Shown: positions 48,275 through 58,121 of the stretch, piece by piece | Layout of the letters: each line of letters opens with the position of its first letter | Numbering within the stretch: position 1 is the first letter of the stretch | DNA from: Myxococcota bacterium | Lineage (GTDB): Bacteria > Myxococcota_A > UBA9160 > UBA4427 | Assembly (NCBI GenBank): GCA_965250285.1 | Contig: OZ252299.1 | Location: 5,088,001-5,152,000 of the forward strand | Length of the DNA stretch: 64,000 bases | Direction of reading: 5' to 3' | Translations under genes and position numbers: made by a program | Notes under the pieces: model-generated | Databases searched by the model: none | What the model was told of the DNA's origin: nothing | Seen by the model: the letters and a program-made list of their open reading frames with translations, nothing else

Positions 48275-49921
48275 TCAGGCGAAGCGGTGCACGATCGGCA
48301 GGCGGCGACCGCTCCCGAATGCCTTGGGCGTCGTGCGCAGCACGAGCGGTGTCTGTCGACGCTTGTACTCGTTGCGATCGAGTCGGCGCGCGATCGCCTG
48401 GGCTTCTTCGAGCGTGCATCCTGGCGGCGGTTCGATCGTCTCGACGTTGCGCTCGCCCTCGATCATCTGCTCGAGTACGTCGTCGAGCACGTCGTAGTCG
48501 GGTAGCTCGTTCGAGTCGAGCTGACCCGGGGCGAGCTCGGCCGAGGGCGGCTTCTCGATCGTGTTCCACGGGATGCGCTCGCCGTCGCGATTCATGTGGC
48601 GGGCAAGCGCGTAGACGTCGTGCTTGTACACGTCGCCGAGCACTGCGAGCCCACCGACCGTGTCGCCGTAGAGCGTGCAGTACCCCACCGACAGCTCGCT
48701 CTTGTTGCCGGTCGCGAGCACGAGCCGGTTCTGTTCGTTCGAGATCGCCATCAGCACCGCGCCTCGAATGCGCGACTGGATGTTCTGCTGCGTCAACCCG
48801 TAGTCGTTGCGCTCACCGAAGAGCTGGCCGAACACGCGGCGGTAGTCGTCGTACATCGGCGTGATGTCGACCTGGTGAAACTCGATACCGAGCTTCTCGG
48901 CGAGTCGCCGGGCATCCTCGATGCTGTGATCGGACGAGTACGGGCTCGGCAGCGCGACGCCCGAGACGCGCTCGGCGCCGAGCGCCTCGACCGCGAGCAC
49001 GGCCGTGACCGCCGAGTCGATGCCGCCTGACAGGCCGATGACGGCGCCCGGCGGCAGGTTCTGCTTGAGGAAGTAGTCGCGGATGCCGAGCACGAGCCCC
49101 GCTTCGATCTCCCCCGCGCGCGTCGGGATCGGCGGCGTCACCTCGGGCGCTTCGCCGTCGCCCGGCAGCGGCACGTCGACGACCTGCACGCCGCTCTCGA
49201 AGAGCGGCATCGCCGCGATGAGTCGACCCGTGGCGTCGACGACGAACGAGCCCCCGTCGAACACGAGCTCGTCGTTGCCACCGACCTGGTTCACGAAGAC
49301 GATCGGCGCCCCGTGCTCGCGCGCGAGCTCGGCGAGCATCTCGCGTCGCGCGTCTCCCTTGCCGACGTGCCACGGTGACGCCGAAGGGTTGACGATCAGC
49401 TTCGCACCCGCCGCGACCTGCTCGGCCACCGGGTTGACGTCGTACTGGATGCGCGAGACCCAGCTGTCTTCGCAGACCGCCACGCCGATCGGCGCCGCGA
49501 AGCCGGGCACCTGCGCGACGTCGCGTTTCTGAGCGCGGGCGAAGTAGCGCCGCTCGTCGAAGACGTCGTACGTCGGCAACAGGCTCTTCGCCTGGACGGC
49601 GACGCGCTCACCGCGCGCAAGCACCACGACCGCGTTGACGAGCTCGTTCGGCCCGGGTGAATCGGCGCGGAGCACGCAGCCGACGGCGATGGCGATCTCG
49701 GGCACGGCGGCGGCCAGGGCGTCGAGCTGGGCGAGCTGCTCGTCGACGAAGCCGGTTCGGCCGAGCAGATCCATCGGCGGATAGCCGGTCAGCACCATCT
49801 CGGGGCAGACCATGAGCTCGGCTCCCGCCCCGATCGCGGCGGCCGCCGCCTCTTCGACGAGACGACGGTTGCCCTCGAGGTCGCCCACGGTCGGGTTCAG
49901 CTGTGCAAGCGCGATTCTCAT
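48275..49921 (-). CDS. nadE: Glutamine-dependent NAD+ synthetase
   Basis: Nitrilase domain PEMVLTGYPP, YDVFDERRYF, CED; synthetase GLSGGIDS, NIQSRIRG, TGNKSE, KPPSAEL. Confidence 0.97.
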   Translation of the reverse strand: MRIALAQLNPTVGDLEGNRRLVEEAAAAAIGAGAELMVCPEMVLTGYPPMDLLGRTGFVDEQLAQLDALAAAVPEIAIAVGCVLRADSPGPNELVNAVVVLARGERVAVQAKSLLPTYDVFDERRYFARAQKRDVAQVPGFAAPIGVAVCEDSWVSRIQYDVNPVAEQVAAGAKLIVNPSASPWHVGKGDARREMLAELAREHGAPIVFVNQVGGNDELVFDGGSFVVDATGRLIAAMPLFESGVQVVDVPLPGDGEAPEVTPPIPTRAGEIEAGLVLGIRDYFLKQNLPPGAVIGLSGGIDSAVTAVLAVEALGAERVSGVALPSPYSSDHSIEDARRLAEKLGIEFHQVDITPMYDDYRRVFGQLFGERNDYGLTQQNIQSRIRGAVLMAISNEQNRLVLATGNKSELSVGYCTLYGDTVGGLAVLGDVYKHDVYALARHMNRDGERIPWNTIEKPPSAELAPGQLDSNELPDYDVLDDVLEQMIEGERNVETIEPPPGCTLEEAQAIARRLDRNEYKRRQTPLVLRTTPKAFGSGRRLPIVHRFA

Positions 49922-50073
49922 CGTTTGGGGCTCTCGTTTCGGGGCTCTCTTTCGAGGGCTCTCGGTGCGGGCGCGCTGGGCTCGACTGCGATCATCGGGC
50001 GCAGTCGGTGGTTGGGCGGAGGATACCGCGAAGCACCGGATCGCGACGAGGTCCGGTCGCTAGACTGATCGCC

Positions 50074-50970
50074 ATGAGTGAACCCGAGCACGCCGAGATC
50101 ATCGGACCGGCCTCCAGCTACTTCGTCTCGCAGCGCTTGAAGCTGCACTACGTCGACTGGGGCAACGAGCACAAACCGCCTCTGATCCTCTTGCATGGCG
50201 GCAAGGACCATGCGCGCAGCTGGGACTTCGTCGCCCACGCCCTGCGCGACGACTACCACGTGATCGCGCCCGATCTGCGCGGCCACGGCGACAGCGCGTG
50301 GGCCTACGGTGGGCACTACACGATCGCCGAGTTCGTTCTCGATCTGGCGCAGCTGATCGAGACGCTCTCGCTCTCGCCGGTGACGATCGTCGCACACAGC
50401 CTGGGCGGCGCGGTCGCGCTCCACTACGCCGGCATCTACCCGGGGAACGTCGAGAAGCTGGTCGCGATCGAGGGCCTCGGTCCGCCGCCCCAGATGCTCG
50501 ACAAGCTCATCGAAGAGCCGATGTGGGATCGAACGCGCGAGTGGATCGAATCGGTGCGCGCGCTCTCGTCGCGCATGCCTCGCCGCTACGACAGCATCGA
50601 GGCGGCGGCCGATCGCATGCTCGACGAGAACTCGTTCCTCTCGACCGAGATGGCGCGTCACCTCACGGTGCATGGCGTCGCGCGCAACGAAGACGGCACG
50701 TTCAGCTGGAAGTTCGACAACTACTCGCGGCCCTTCTACCCCCAGCGCTATGACCGAGACGGCATGGGCAAGCACTGGGCGCGCATCTCGGCGCCGACTC
50801 TGCTGGTGCGTGGGACCGAGAGCTGGGCCAGCGATCCATCCAAGGACGGCCGAGCCGACGCCTTCCAGAACGCGCGCGTCGCCAACGTCGAGGGCGCCGG
50901 GCACTGGGTGCACCATGATCGGCTCGACGCTTTTCTCGACGTCGTGCGGCGCTTCCTGAAGGAGGGTTGA
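50074..50970 (+). CDS. Alpha/beta fold hydrolase
   Basis: LHYVDWG, LLHGG, DLRGHGDS, AHSLGG, AGHWVHHD. Confidence 0.92.
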   Translation: MSEPEHAEIIGPASSYFVSQRLKLHYVDWGNEHKPPLILLHGGKDHARSWDFVAHALRDDYHVIAPDLRGHGDSAWAYGGHYTIAEFVLDLAQLIETLSLSPVTIVAHSLGGAVALHYAGIYPGNVEKLVAIEGLGPPPQMLDKLIEEPMWDRTREWIESVRALSSRMPRRYDSIEAAADRMLDENSFLSTEMARHLTVHGVARNEDGTFSWKFDNYSRPFYPQRYDRDGMGKHWARISAPTLLVRGTESWASDPSKDGRADAFQNARVANVEGAGHWVHHDRLDAFLDVVRRFLKEG

Positions 50971-50984
50971 TCAGCTCGCCGAAC

Positions 50985-51647
50985 TCACGGGTAGACCTTT
51001 CGTGCAGGCGACTGACCGACCACTTCGTCCTCTGGCACCCGATGCTCTTCGAGTCCGTAGGTCTTGGTCCAGGTGTGCCACGACGGTCCCCCGGCAACCA
51101 TCACGAGGAAGACGACGCCCGAGGCGGCGAGGGCAACGAACGAGAGCAGCAAGACGGTGTCGCCGAGCGCAGCGACGGGGTGGATCGCGCCCACACCTCG
51201 CCGACGCGGCGGCGGCATCTCGACCTGAGTCGAGCGCCGTCCGTCCAGCCGAAACACGAGGACCGGGTCCTGTTTCGTGTGGACCGACTCGACGTTCAGC
51301 AGAACCTCGCAACGGGGCAGAACGTCGACCGGGGCATGGCGCACCCCCGCCTCGCCCGCGATGCCGGCCCAGTGCCACGCGTCGGCCGTGAGCGGCGTCA
51401 GGCCATGCTCACCGTCGAGCCAGAACGACAGGGTCGAACATTCGGGTCGAAGAGCGCGATAGGACGCGCTGCCTTCGCGCCGTTGATCGCCGCTGACGAC
51501 CACCCAGCGCAGCGAGCGATCGCCGCCGAGGCGCAGCCCAATGGCCGACACACGATCGCGTCCGCTCCATCGATCGCGCGTCCGGTTCGTGAGGCAGCCC
51601 GACGCGACCACGCCCACGAGCACCAGGCTGAGCATGCGAAACCACAT
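50985..51647 (-). CDS. Hypothetical lipoprotein
   Basis: MWFRMLSLVLVGVVASGC lipobox-like start, C-terminal hydrophobic segment; no recognisable family. Confidence 0.45.
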   Translation of the reverse strand: MWFRMLSLVLVGVVASGCLTNRTRDRWSGRDRVSAIGLRLGGDRSLRWVVVSGDQRREGSASYRALRPECSTLSFWLDGEHGLTPLTADAWHWAGIAGEAGVRHAPVDVLPRCEVLLNVESVHTKQDPVLVFRLDGRRSTQVEMPPPRRRGVGAIHPVAALGDTVLLLSFVALAASGVVFLVMVAGGPSWHTWTKTYGLEEHRVPEDEVVGQSPARKVYP

Positions 51648-51762
51648 GCGGCCCCCGCCCCGTCGACCCACGTGTCGACCGAGCGCCCAGACCCCGCGCG
51701 TTCGGCATTGGTTCCGCCGAACTTCGGCTTCGGCTCTGATCCAGTTCTGATCCGGTTCGGGT

Positions 51763-52233
51763 CTAGTCCCTGAAGTACACGTACACGAGGTCACCCTGGA
51801 GCGCGGGCTTCGTCTCGCCCTCGATCTCGACGTTCACGCCGATGGTCACGTGCGCCATCTCGCCTCGCATGACTTTCGCCTTCTTCAACGTTGCGGTGAG
51901 CCGCACGCGGCTGCCCGCGCGCACGGGCGCCTTGAGCTTCAGCTTCTCGACGCCGCTGTTGATGACGCGCGTGACGCCATCGACGACGACGAGCTGCGAG
52001 AGCAGGCCGGGCACCAACGAGAGCGTGAGGTAGCCATGGGCGATCGTGCCGCCGAAGGGCGACTCCTTCTCGGCGCGCTCGGGATCGACGTGAATCCACT
52101 GGTGGTCGCCGGTTGCGTCGGCGAAGGCGTCGATCATCGACTGCGGCACCTCGACCCAGTCGGTCGCGCCGAGGTCTTCGTTCTCGAGGTCGGCCAATGC
52201 GTCGATGGACGCGACGATGCGCGGCTCGCTCAC
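51763..52233 (-). CDS. MaoC-family dehydratase
   Basis: [32 protein letters not shown] start overlaps upstream stop. Confidence 0.92.
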   Translation of the reverse strand: MSEPRIVASIDALADLENEDLGATDWVEVPQSMIDAFADATGDHQWIHVDPERAEKESPFGGTIAHGYLTLSLVPGLLSQLVVVDGVTRVINSGVEKLKLKAPVRAGSRVRLTATLKKAKVMRGEMAHVTIGVNVEIEGETKPALQGDLVYVYFRD

Positions 52234-52535
52234 GCGGTCGCCACCGCTTCGGCGAATGCGCTCATGCGCGTGGCCAGCTCGAAGTCGAGCGCGCTGAGTC
52301 CACCGGCGTCGTGAGTCGTGAGGTCGACGCGCACGGTCGCATAGACGTTGAACCACTCGGGGTGGTGATCGAGCTGCTCGGCGACGAGCGCGGCGCGCGT
52401 CATGAACGCGAACGCTTCATTGAAGTCGCCGAACGAGAACGTGCGGTGAAGCTTGCCGTCCTCGATCGACCAACCGGGCAGCTGGGCCAGGCGACGGTCG
52501 ACCTCGGTGGCATCGAGCTTCTGCGGGCGGGCCAT
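52230..52535 (-). CDS. phhB: Pterin-4a-carbinolamine dehydratase
   Basis: [25 protein letters not shown]...[11 protein letters not shown]. Confidence 0.95.
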   Translation of the reverse strand: MARPQKLDATEVDRRLAQLPGWSIEDGKLHRTFSFGDFNEAFAFMTRAALVAEQLDHHPEWFNVYATVRVDLTTHDAGGLSALDFELATRMSAFAEAVATA

Positions 52536-52543
52536 GACGGGGC

Positions 52544-53938
52544 TCAGGATTCGTCGCGACGGATCGCGCGCTCGAACGCGTCGAACAGCGCGCTGCGAAT
52601 CTGCGCCTTGTCCGCGCGTCCGTAGATCTCGCGGAACGCCTTGAGCGGGATGATGCCCTTCGCCATCGATCGATGCCCGCCGCCAACCCCGAGACCCTCG
52701 ACCACGGCGCGCACCACCTCGCCCGCAGCACGGACGTAGCCGACGTTGCGCACCGAGAAGACGAGGTTCGGTCCCACGGTGCCGACGGCAACGGCCCACT
52801 CGGCTCCTTCGGCCTGCAGCGCCATGTCGGCGACCTGCGGGATCACGTCTTCGCGCACGCGACCGAGCACGAGCATGTGGATGCCGTCGCGTACCTCGGC
52901 CTTGGCGAGCGCGCGGCCCAGCGCTCGCAAGCCATCGAGCGGCAGCGCCGGCCGCTCGATGCGGCGCAGCAGCGCCGGACTGTGCGCTGCGTGGAGATAG
53001 GCGAAGGAGAGCATGTCGCGGCGGCCGGTCTCGCGACCGAGGTACTGCGTGTCGCTCTTGATGCCGTAGAGCAGGGCCGTCGCCAGGCGCGGCCCGAGCT
53101 CGGCCCCGACCGCCTGCAGGTACTCGGTAAAGATGGTTGCGGTCGCCCCGTACGATGTTCGGATGTCCTTGATCGTCGACTCGTAGCCCGTGCGCTCGGG
53201 ATGATGGTCGATCACCGCGTCGATCTGCTTCACGCGCTCGGGTGCGTTCTCGCCGAAGACGTTCGGTTGCACGTCGACGAGCACGAGCCCGTCCATTTCT
53301 TCGAGCTCTTCCGGCGTGATGACGCGAATCTCGATGCCGAGTGCGTCGGCCAGGGCCCGGTTCTCGGGTCGCTGCACCTCGCCGAACGAGATGAGCGGCG
53401 CGGTCGTACGCTTTCGGCCGAGCAGCGATCGCAGCGCATAGCCGCTCGCGATGCCGTCGGGATCGGGGTCGGGCTGGAGCAGGATCCCCACCTTCTCTCG
53501 CGCGTCGAGCAGGCGTCGCAGCTCGACGACGCGACGCAGATTCGCGAGATGGTCGAACTGGTCGTCGATGTCGTCGCGGATCAGCGTCTTCAGGCCGCAG
53601 AGGCGCAGACGCGAGTGATCGGGGAGGTCGTCGTCGGAGGTGCCGTCCGAGAGGACGAGCACCGAGGCGTCGGGGCTCGCCTTCGCGAGCTCGCGCACGG
53701 CCGAGCGCAGCCACGGGCCGTCGTCGCTCGCGAGCGCCACGTCGTCACCCGGCTGGATCTCGAGCTTCGCGAAGGCGTCCTCGGTGAGTCCGCCCTGGAG
53801 CATCTTGAAGCCGGGGGGCCGCGCGCGGCCATCTTCTTCACGCGGGACCCAGGTCAGGATCTCGCTCTCGTCGGCGCCGATCCGGGCCCAGAGCCGGGCG
53901 TTGTCCGCCCCGTCGCAGACGATGATCCGCCGTCCCAC
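52544..53938 (-). CDS. DHH/DHHA1 phosphoesterase with degenerate N-terminal Rossmann/RCK-like region
   Basis: [38 protein letters not shown]. Confidence 0.88.
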   Translation of the reverse strand: MGRRIIVCDGADNARLWARIGADESEILTWVPREEDGRARPPGFKMLQGGLTEDAFAKLEIQPGDDVALASDDGPWLRSAVRELAKASPDASVLVLSDGTSDDDLPDHSRLRLCGLKTLIRDDIDDQFDHLANLRRVVELRRLLDAREKVGILLQPDPDPDGIASGYALRSLLGRKRTTAPLISFGEVQRPENRALADALGIEIRVITPEELEEMDGLVLVDVQPNVFGENAPERVKQIDAVIDHHPERTGYESTIKDIRTSYGATATIFTEYLQAVGAELGPRLATALLYGIKSDTQYLGRETGRRDMLSFAYLHAAHSPALLRRIERPALPLDGLRALGRALAKAEVRDGIHMLVLGRVREDVIPQVADMALQAEGAEWAVAVGTVGPNLVFSVRNVGYVRAAGEVVRAVVEGLGVGGGHRSMAKGIIPLKAFREIYGRADKAQIRSALFDAFERAIRRDES

Positions 53939-54479
53939 TTGCTTCCCCGTCTCTCTCTTCGGTCTCGTCGCTCTGGCCGGTCTCAGTGCTCGTGGCGCGC
54001 TTCGGGCGCGGCACGTGCGCTCCTCGACCGTGCGCCCCGCTGCACGGTGCCCCCTTCGAACGCTCGATCGCCCGGCCGTGCGTCGACCACCCGGTGGGTC
54101 GAATCGGCCGCTCGGTGACGGCGTCGTCGAGAGCGGCGGGAGTCTAGCATCTCACCCCCACAGGCCCGCGCGAGTCGGTGGCTGCTTGGGACACACCTCG
54201 AGTCGACGTCGAGCGCGCCTCGGGCCCCGTGATCGGCATCGCTGCCGGGCCGTCGCCGATCTGTCGCACGCTGGCGTCACCGGGCTACCCCGGCATCGCG
54301 TCTGCGTGCCGCACGACTTGCTCGGATGCCTCTGCCCGGCCTGCGCGATGTCCGCTATCCAATGGTTCGGGGGTGAGGGGGCGTGCGCGAATGAGGCTGC
54401 TCTTCATGCGGACGGATCGGTTCGGGGCCCACGCCGGCGTCGACGCCCATGCCCATGCCCACGCGCGAAGGGGCGACAC

Positions 54480-55721
54480 ATGAATGGTCCGCCCCGCATC
54501 ATTCAAGATCCTGCAGATAGCCCCGACGAGGAGCTCGTCGAGCTCCCGATCGAGGACGAGTTCGACCTGCATCACTTCCGACCCGAGGAGCGGCTCGAGA
54601 TGCTCGAGGGCTATCTCGAGGCCGCCAGCGAGCGTGGCTTCGATGAGGTCCGCATCATCCATGGCCGCGGCCGCGGCGTCGCGCGCGCCGAGGTCCAGGC
54701 CTTCCTCGAGGACGATCCGCGCGTCGTCTCGAGCGTCGAAGCCGAGCCCGGTCGAGGCGGTTGGGGCGCGACGCTCGCCCGACTCGATGCATGTGCCGAG
54801 CCCGACCGCGTCGATGGCCAACCCGTCTTCGTCGGCGACATCCAGGGCTGCGCGCAGGAGTTCGAAGAGCTGCTCGCGCGCGTCGAGCGCGCCTTCGGGA
54901 GCGAATACCGCCTCTACGTGGCTGGAGACGCCATCAATCGGGGTCACCACAATCTGCAGGTGCTCGAGCGCATCCGCGAGCGCGTCGAGCTCGGACGCGG
55001 CGAGATGGTGCTCGGAAACCACGAGATCCACATGCTGCGTGTGGCCCTCGAGCTGCAGGAGCCCGACGCGAACCACACGTTTCACGATGTGCTCGAGTCG
55101 CGGGAGCGAGACGATTGGGTTCGCTGGGTGCTCGGGCGCCCGCTCGCCGCCCACGGCTGGGTCAGGGGCGCGCGCTGGGTCATGGTGCACGCATCGGTGC
55201 ATCCCGACTGGGGTTGGGCCGACGCGATTCGCGCCTCGCGTCGCGTCGAGCGGGTGCTGTCGTCGCCCGACGCCGCCGCCGTCGGCGATCTGCTCGCGCT
55301 TCGGCCCCAGGAGCTGCCGCGACGGGGCAGCCCGCGCGATCTGCTCGGGCGCATGACCAGCGCCCGGGTCGTGAAGGGGGCGAGATCGCGCTGGTCGAGT
55401 CGCCAGCCGAGCGAGGTCGAGGGCGAGCCGTGGCACGAGGTCTGGCAATCGCGTGGCCACGACTACGGCGTCATCTACGGCCACTGGGCCACCCAGGGCC
55501 TGCGGGTCGTGCCCGGCCTGCGTGGCCTCGACTCGGGCTGCATCCACCATGGCCGGCGGGGCGTCGGGCACCTGAGCGGCTGGGTGCCCCAGGTGCGGCC
55601 CGGCGAACCGAGCCGGGGCTTCGACACGCCGGATGATGACGTCTGGCAGGTGCGCGCCCGGTATCGCCGCAATGGACGCCGGCATCGCAACCGGGCGCCC
55701 GTGGCCGCGATCGGCGGCTGA
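54480..55721 (+). CDS. Smr domain fused to ApaH-like metallophosphoesterase
   Basis: FDLHHF, VRIIHGRGRG, GGWGAT; then VGDIQGC, GDAINRG, LGNHE, VHAS, YGHWA, LDSGC in one frame. Confidence 0.82.
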   Translation: MNGPPRIIQDPADSPDEELVELPIEDEFDLHHFRPEERLEMLEGYLEAASERGFDEVRIIHGRGRGVARAEVQAFLEDDPRVVSSVEAEPGRGGWGATLARLDACAEPDRVDGQPVFVGDIQGCAQEFEELLARVERAFGSEYRLYVAGDAINRGHHNLQVLERIRERVELGRGEMVLGNHEIHMLRVALELQEPDANHTFHDVLESRERDDWVRWVLGRPLAAHGWVRGARWVMVHASVHPDWGWADAIRASRRVERVLSSPDAAAVGDLLALRPQELPRRGSPRDLLGRMTSARVVKGARSRWSSRQPSEVEGEPWHEVWQSRGHDYGVIYGHWATQGLRVVPGLRGLDSGCIHHGRRGVGHLSGWVPQVRPGEPSRGFDTPDDDVWQVRARYRRNGRRHRNRAPVAAIGG

Positions 55722-55849
55722 CGGGCCCGATGCCGCTTGCGGGGCCGGGCTCGATTGCCCCGCGGGTCACCCTCTCGGCCAGCTGACGTGGGTTAGACTC
55801 CCCGCCCCGTGCGCGCCGAGCGCCATTTTCAGCCATGGAGCAGAGCGCC

Positions 55850-56119
55850 ATGCCCATCGTCCTGATCCCCACTGCGTATCGTGGCCCTACGAAGGGCGTC
55901 GCCGAGGTCGAGGTGGCGGCCGGCTCGGCGCGCGCCTGTCTCGAGGCAGTCGACGCCGAGCACCCCGGCTTCGGTGACCTGGTTTTCGACAAGGAAGGCG
56001 GGCTCCACCGCTTCGTGACGCTCTTCATCAACGGCGACCAGCTCGACGACGCGCCGCTCGACCAGAGCGTCGGCGAAGCCGACCGCCTCGAGGTGCTCGC
56101 GGCGATCGCCGGGGGCTGA
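55850..56119 (+). CDS. MoaD/ThiS-family sulfur carrier
   Basis: Ubiquitin-like fold pattern, FVTLFING, C-terminal AIAGG. Confidence 0.92.
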   Translation: MPIVLIPTAYRGPTKGVAEVEVAAGSARACLEAVDAEHPGFGDLVFDKEGGLHRFVTLFINGDQLDDAPLDQSVGEADRLEVLAAIAGG

Positions 56120-56265
56120 CCTACGCCCTGTGCGTTGTGCCCGGGCTGGGTTATCCAATACAGGCTCGGCGCAGGGCGCAGCCCGCGGCTCGCCGATCTC
56201 ACATCCGGCCTCGTGAACGACGCCGGCACGAATCTCCAACCCGATCCTTGGAAGGAGCGCATCCC

Positions 56266-58002
56266 ATGGCAGGACCCGAAGGCGACCAGCTGATCTACGT
56301 CGACATGACGAACCAGACCGTTGAGTTGAAGCCCTTCCCCGACGAGTGGAAGCTGCTCGGCGGGCGCGGTCTCTCGGCGAAGATCCTGCTGCAGGAATGC
56401 GATCCGACCTGTGATCCGCTCGGCCCCGACAACGTGCTCGTGATGGCGCCCGGTGTGCTCTCGGGCACCACCGCCCCGACCTCGGGCCGCATCTCGATCG
56501 GCGGCAAGAGCCCGCTGACGAACGGCATCAAGGAAGCCAATGCCGGTGGCAATCCGGGCCAGGATCTCATGAAGCTCGGCTACCGAGCGATCGTCGTGAA
56601 GGGTCAGCCTGCCGATGCCGAGAAGCGCTACGGCCTGCGTGTCGACGTGGGCAAGACGCCCGAGATCGTCTCCGCAGACGAAGAGAAGGGCATGTGGAAC
56701 TACGCCCTCTGCGCGAAGCTGCTCGAAGGCGAGAGCAAGAACGCCAGCGTGATCTCGATCGGTCCCGCCGGTGAGCTCAAGCTCTCGGGCGCCTCGGTCG
56801 CGTGCACCGACCAGGACAAGGAGCGCCGCCCGGCACGCCATGCTGCGCGCGGTGGTCTCGGCGCCGTGATGGGCTCGAAGGGCCTCAAGTACGTGCTGGT
56901 CGACCCGGGCAAGTCCAAGACCCGCTCGCCCGCAGCCACGAAGGACTTCACGACCCACACGAAGCAGTACTCGAAGGAGTACCTCGACGGTCCCCAGATG
57001 ATGGGCAAGGGTACCGCCAACGTCGTGCCGGTGGCGAACATGCTCCACACGTTCGTCTACAAGAACCGCACCGAGGGTCAGAGCCCCGACGCGCACGACC
57101 TGAGCGGTGAGCGCATCCACGAGAACTTCGAAGAGCGCGGTGGCGGCATGCACAACTGCATGACCGGCTGCATCGTGCGCTGCTCGAACGTCGTGCACGA
57201 TCCCGACGGCAACTACAAGACGAGCGCGCTCGAGTTCGAGACGCTCACGCTGCTGGGCGCTTCCTGCGCGATCAAGACCTACGACGAGGTCGCCGAGCTC
57301 GATCGCCTGTGCGACGAGATCGGCCTCGATACGATCGAGACCGGCGCGGCCATCGCGATCCTGATGGATTCGGGCGGCATGGAGTGGGGCGACTCGACCG
57401 GTGCGATGAACGTGCTGAAGGAGATCGCCGAGGGCACCGAGCTCGGTCGCGCGATCGGCAACGGTGCGGTCGCCACCGGCAAGTACCGCAAGCACGACCG
57501 CGTGCCCCACGCGCGCGGTCAGGCGATCCCGGCCTGGGATCCGCGGCCGCTCAAGGCCACGGGTGTCACCTACTGCACTTCGGCCATGGGAGCGGATCAC
57601 ACCGCGGGACTGATCGTCAACCCGGGCATGCAGCCGCCCGAGTTCGCCCAGGCGAGCCAGGAGGTGCAGCTCGTCAACGCGGTGTGTGACAGCTCGGGGT
57701 TCTGCCAGTTCCTCGGCCCCACCCTCGACGACATCCGTGCCTACTACTCGCTGCTGTACGGCGAGGAGATCTCGCGCGAGCAGATCGCCGACCAGGGCTG
57801 GCAGATCATGCTCGACGAGTGGGAGTTCAACGAGAAGGCGGGCTGGAAGGCCGAAGACGACGTGCTTTCGGATCCGCTCGTGAACGAGGGCATCGGCCCC
57901 GACAACGTCATGAAGTTCGACGTCGAGCCCGACATCATCGCGCAGGCGAAGCAGCGCTTCCCGATCCGCGACGAGCTCTTCGTGACGAAGGCGTCGGGCT
58001 GA
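56266..58002 (+). CDS. aor: Aldehyde:ferredoxin oxidoreductase family (W/Mo-bis-pterin)
   Basis: LGGRGL, KSPLTNGIKEANAGG, IGPAGE, RGGLGAVMGSKGLK, CMTGCIVRC, EFET, DEIGLD, DSSGFC. Confidence 0.93.
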   Translation: MAGPEGDQLIYVDMTNQTVELKPFPDEWKLLGGRGLSAKILLQECDPTCDPLGPDNVLVMAPGVLSGTTAPTSGRISIGGKSPLTNGIKEANAGGNPGQDLMKLGYRAIVVKGQPADAEKRYGLRVDVGKTPEIVSADEEKGMWNYALCAKLLEGESKNASVISIGPAGELKLSGASVACTDQDKERRPARHAARGGLGAVMGSKGLKYVLVDPGKSKTRSPAATKDFTTHTKQYSKEYLDGPQMMGKGTANVVPVANMLHTFVYKNRTEGQSPDAHDLSGERIHENFEERGGGMHNCMTGCIVRCSNVVHDPDGNYKTSALEFETLTLLGASCAIKTYDEVAELDRLCDEIGLDTIETGAAIAILMDSGGMEWGDSTGAMNVLKEIAEGTELGRAIGNGAVATGKYRKHDRVPHARGQAIPAWDPRPLKATGVTYCTSAMGADHTAGLIVNPGMQPPEFAQASQEVQLVNAVCDSSGFCQFLGPTLDDIRAYYSLLYGEEISREQIADQGWQIMLDEWEFNEKAGWKAEDDVLSDPLVNEGIGPDNVMKFDVEPDIIAQAKQRFPIRDELFVTKASG

Positions 58003-58030
58003 CGCCGATCACGCACTCGACGAAACCGTG

Positions 58031-58061
58031 ACGGGCAGGGGGGCGACCCCCTGCCCGTTTG
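58031..58061 (+). terminator. Intrinsic terminator-like hairpin after aor
   Basis: acgggcaggggg-gcga-ccccctgcccgt perfect 12-bp stem, short T tail. Confidence 0.75.
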
Positions 58062-58121
58062 TCGTTCGAGTCGCGGAGGACCGAACATGCGCGATCGGCG
58101 CATGAGAGAGGAGACGGCCCC

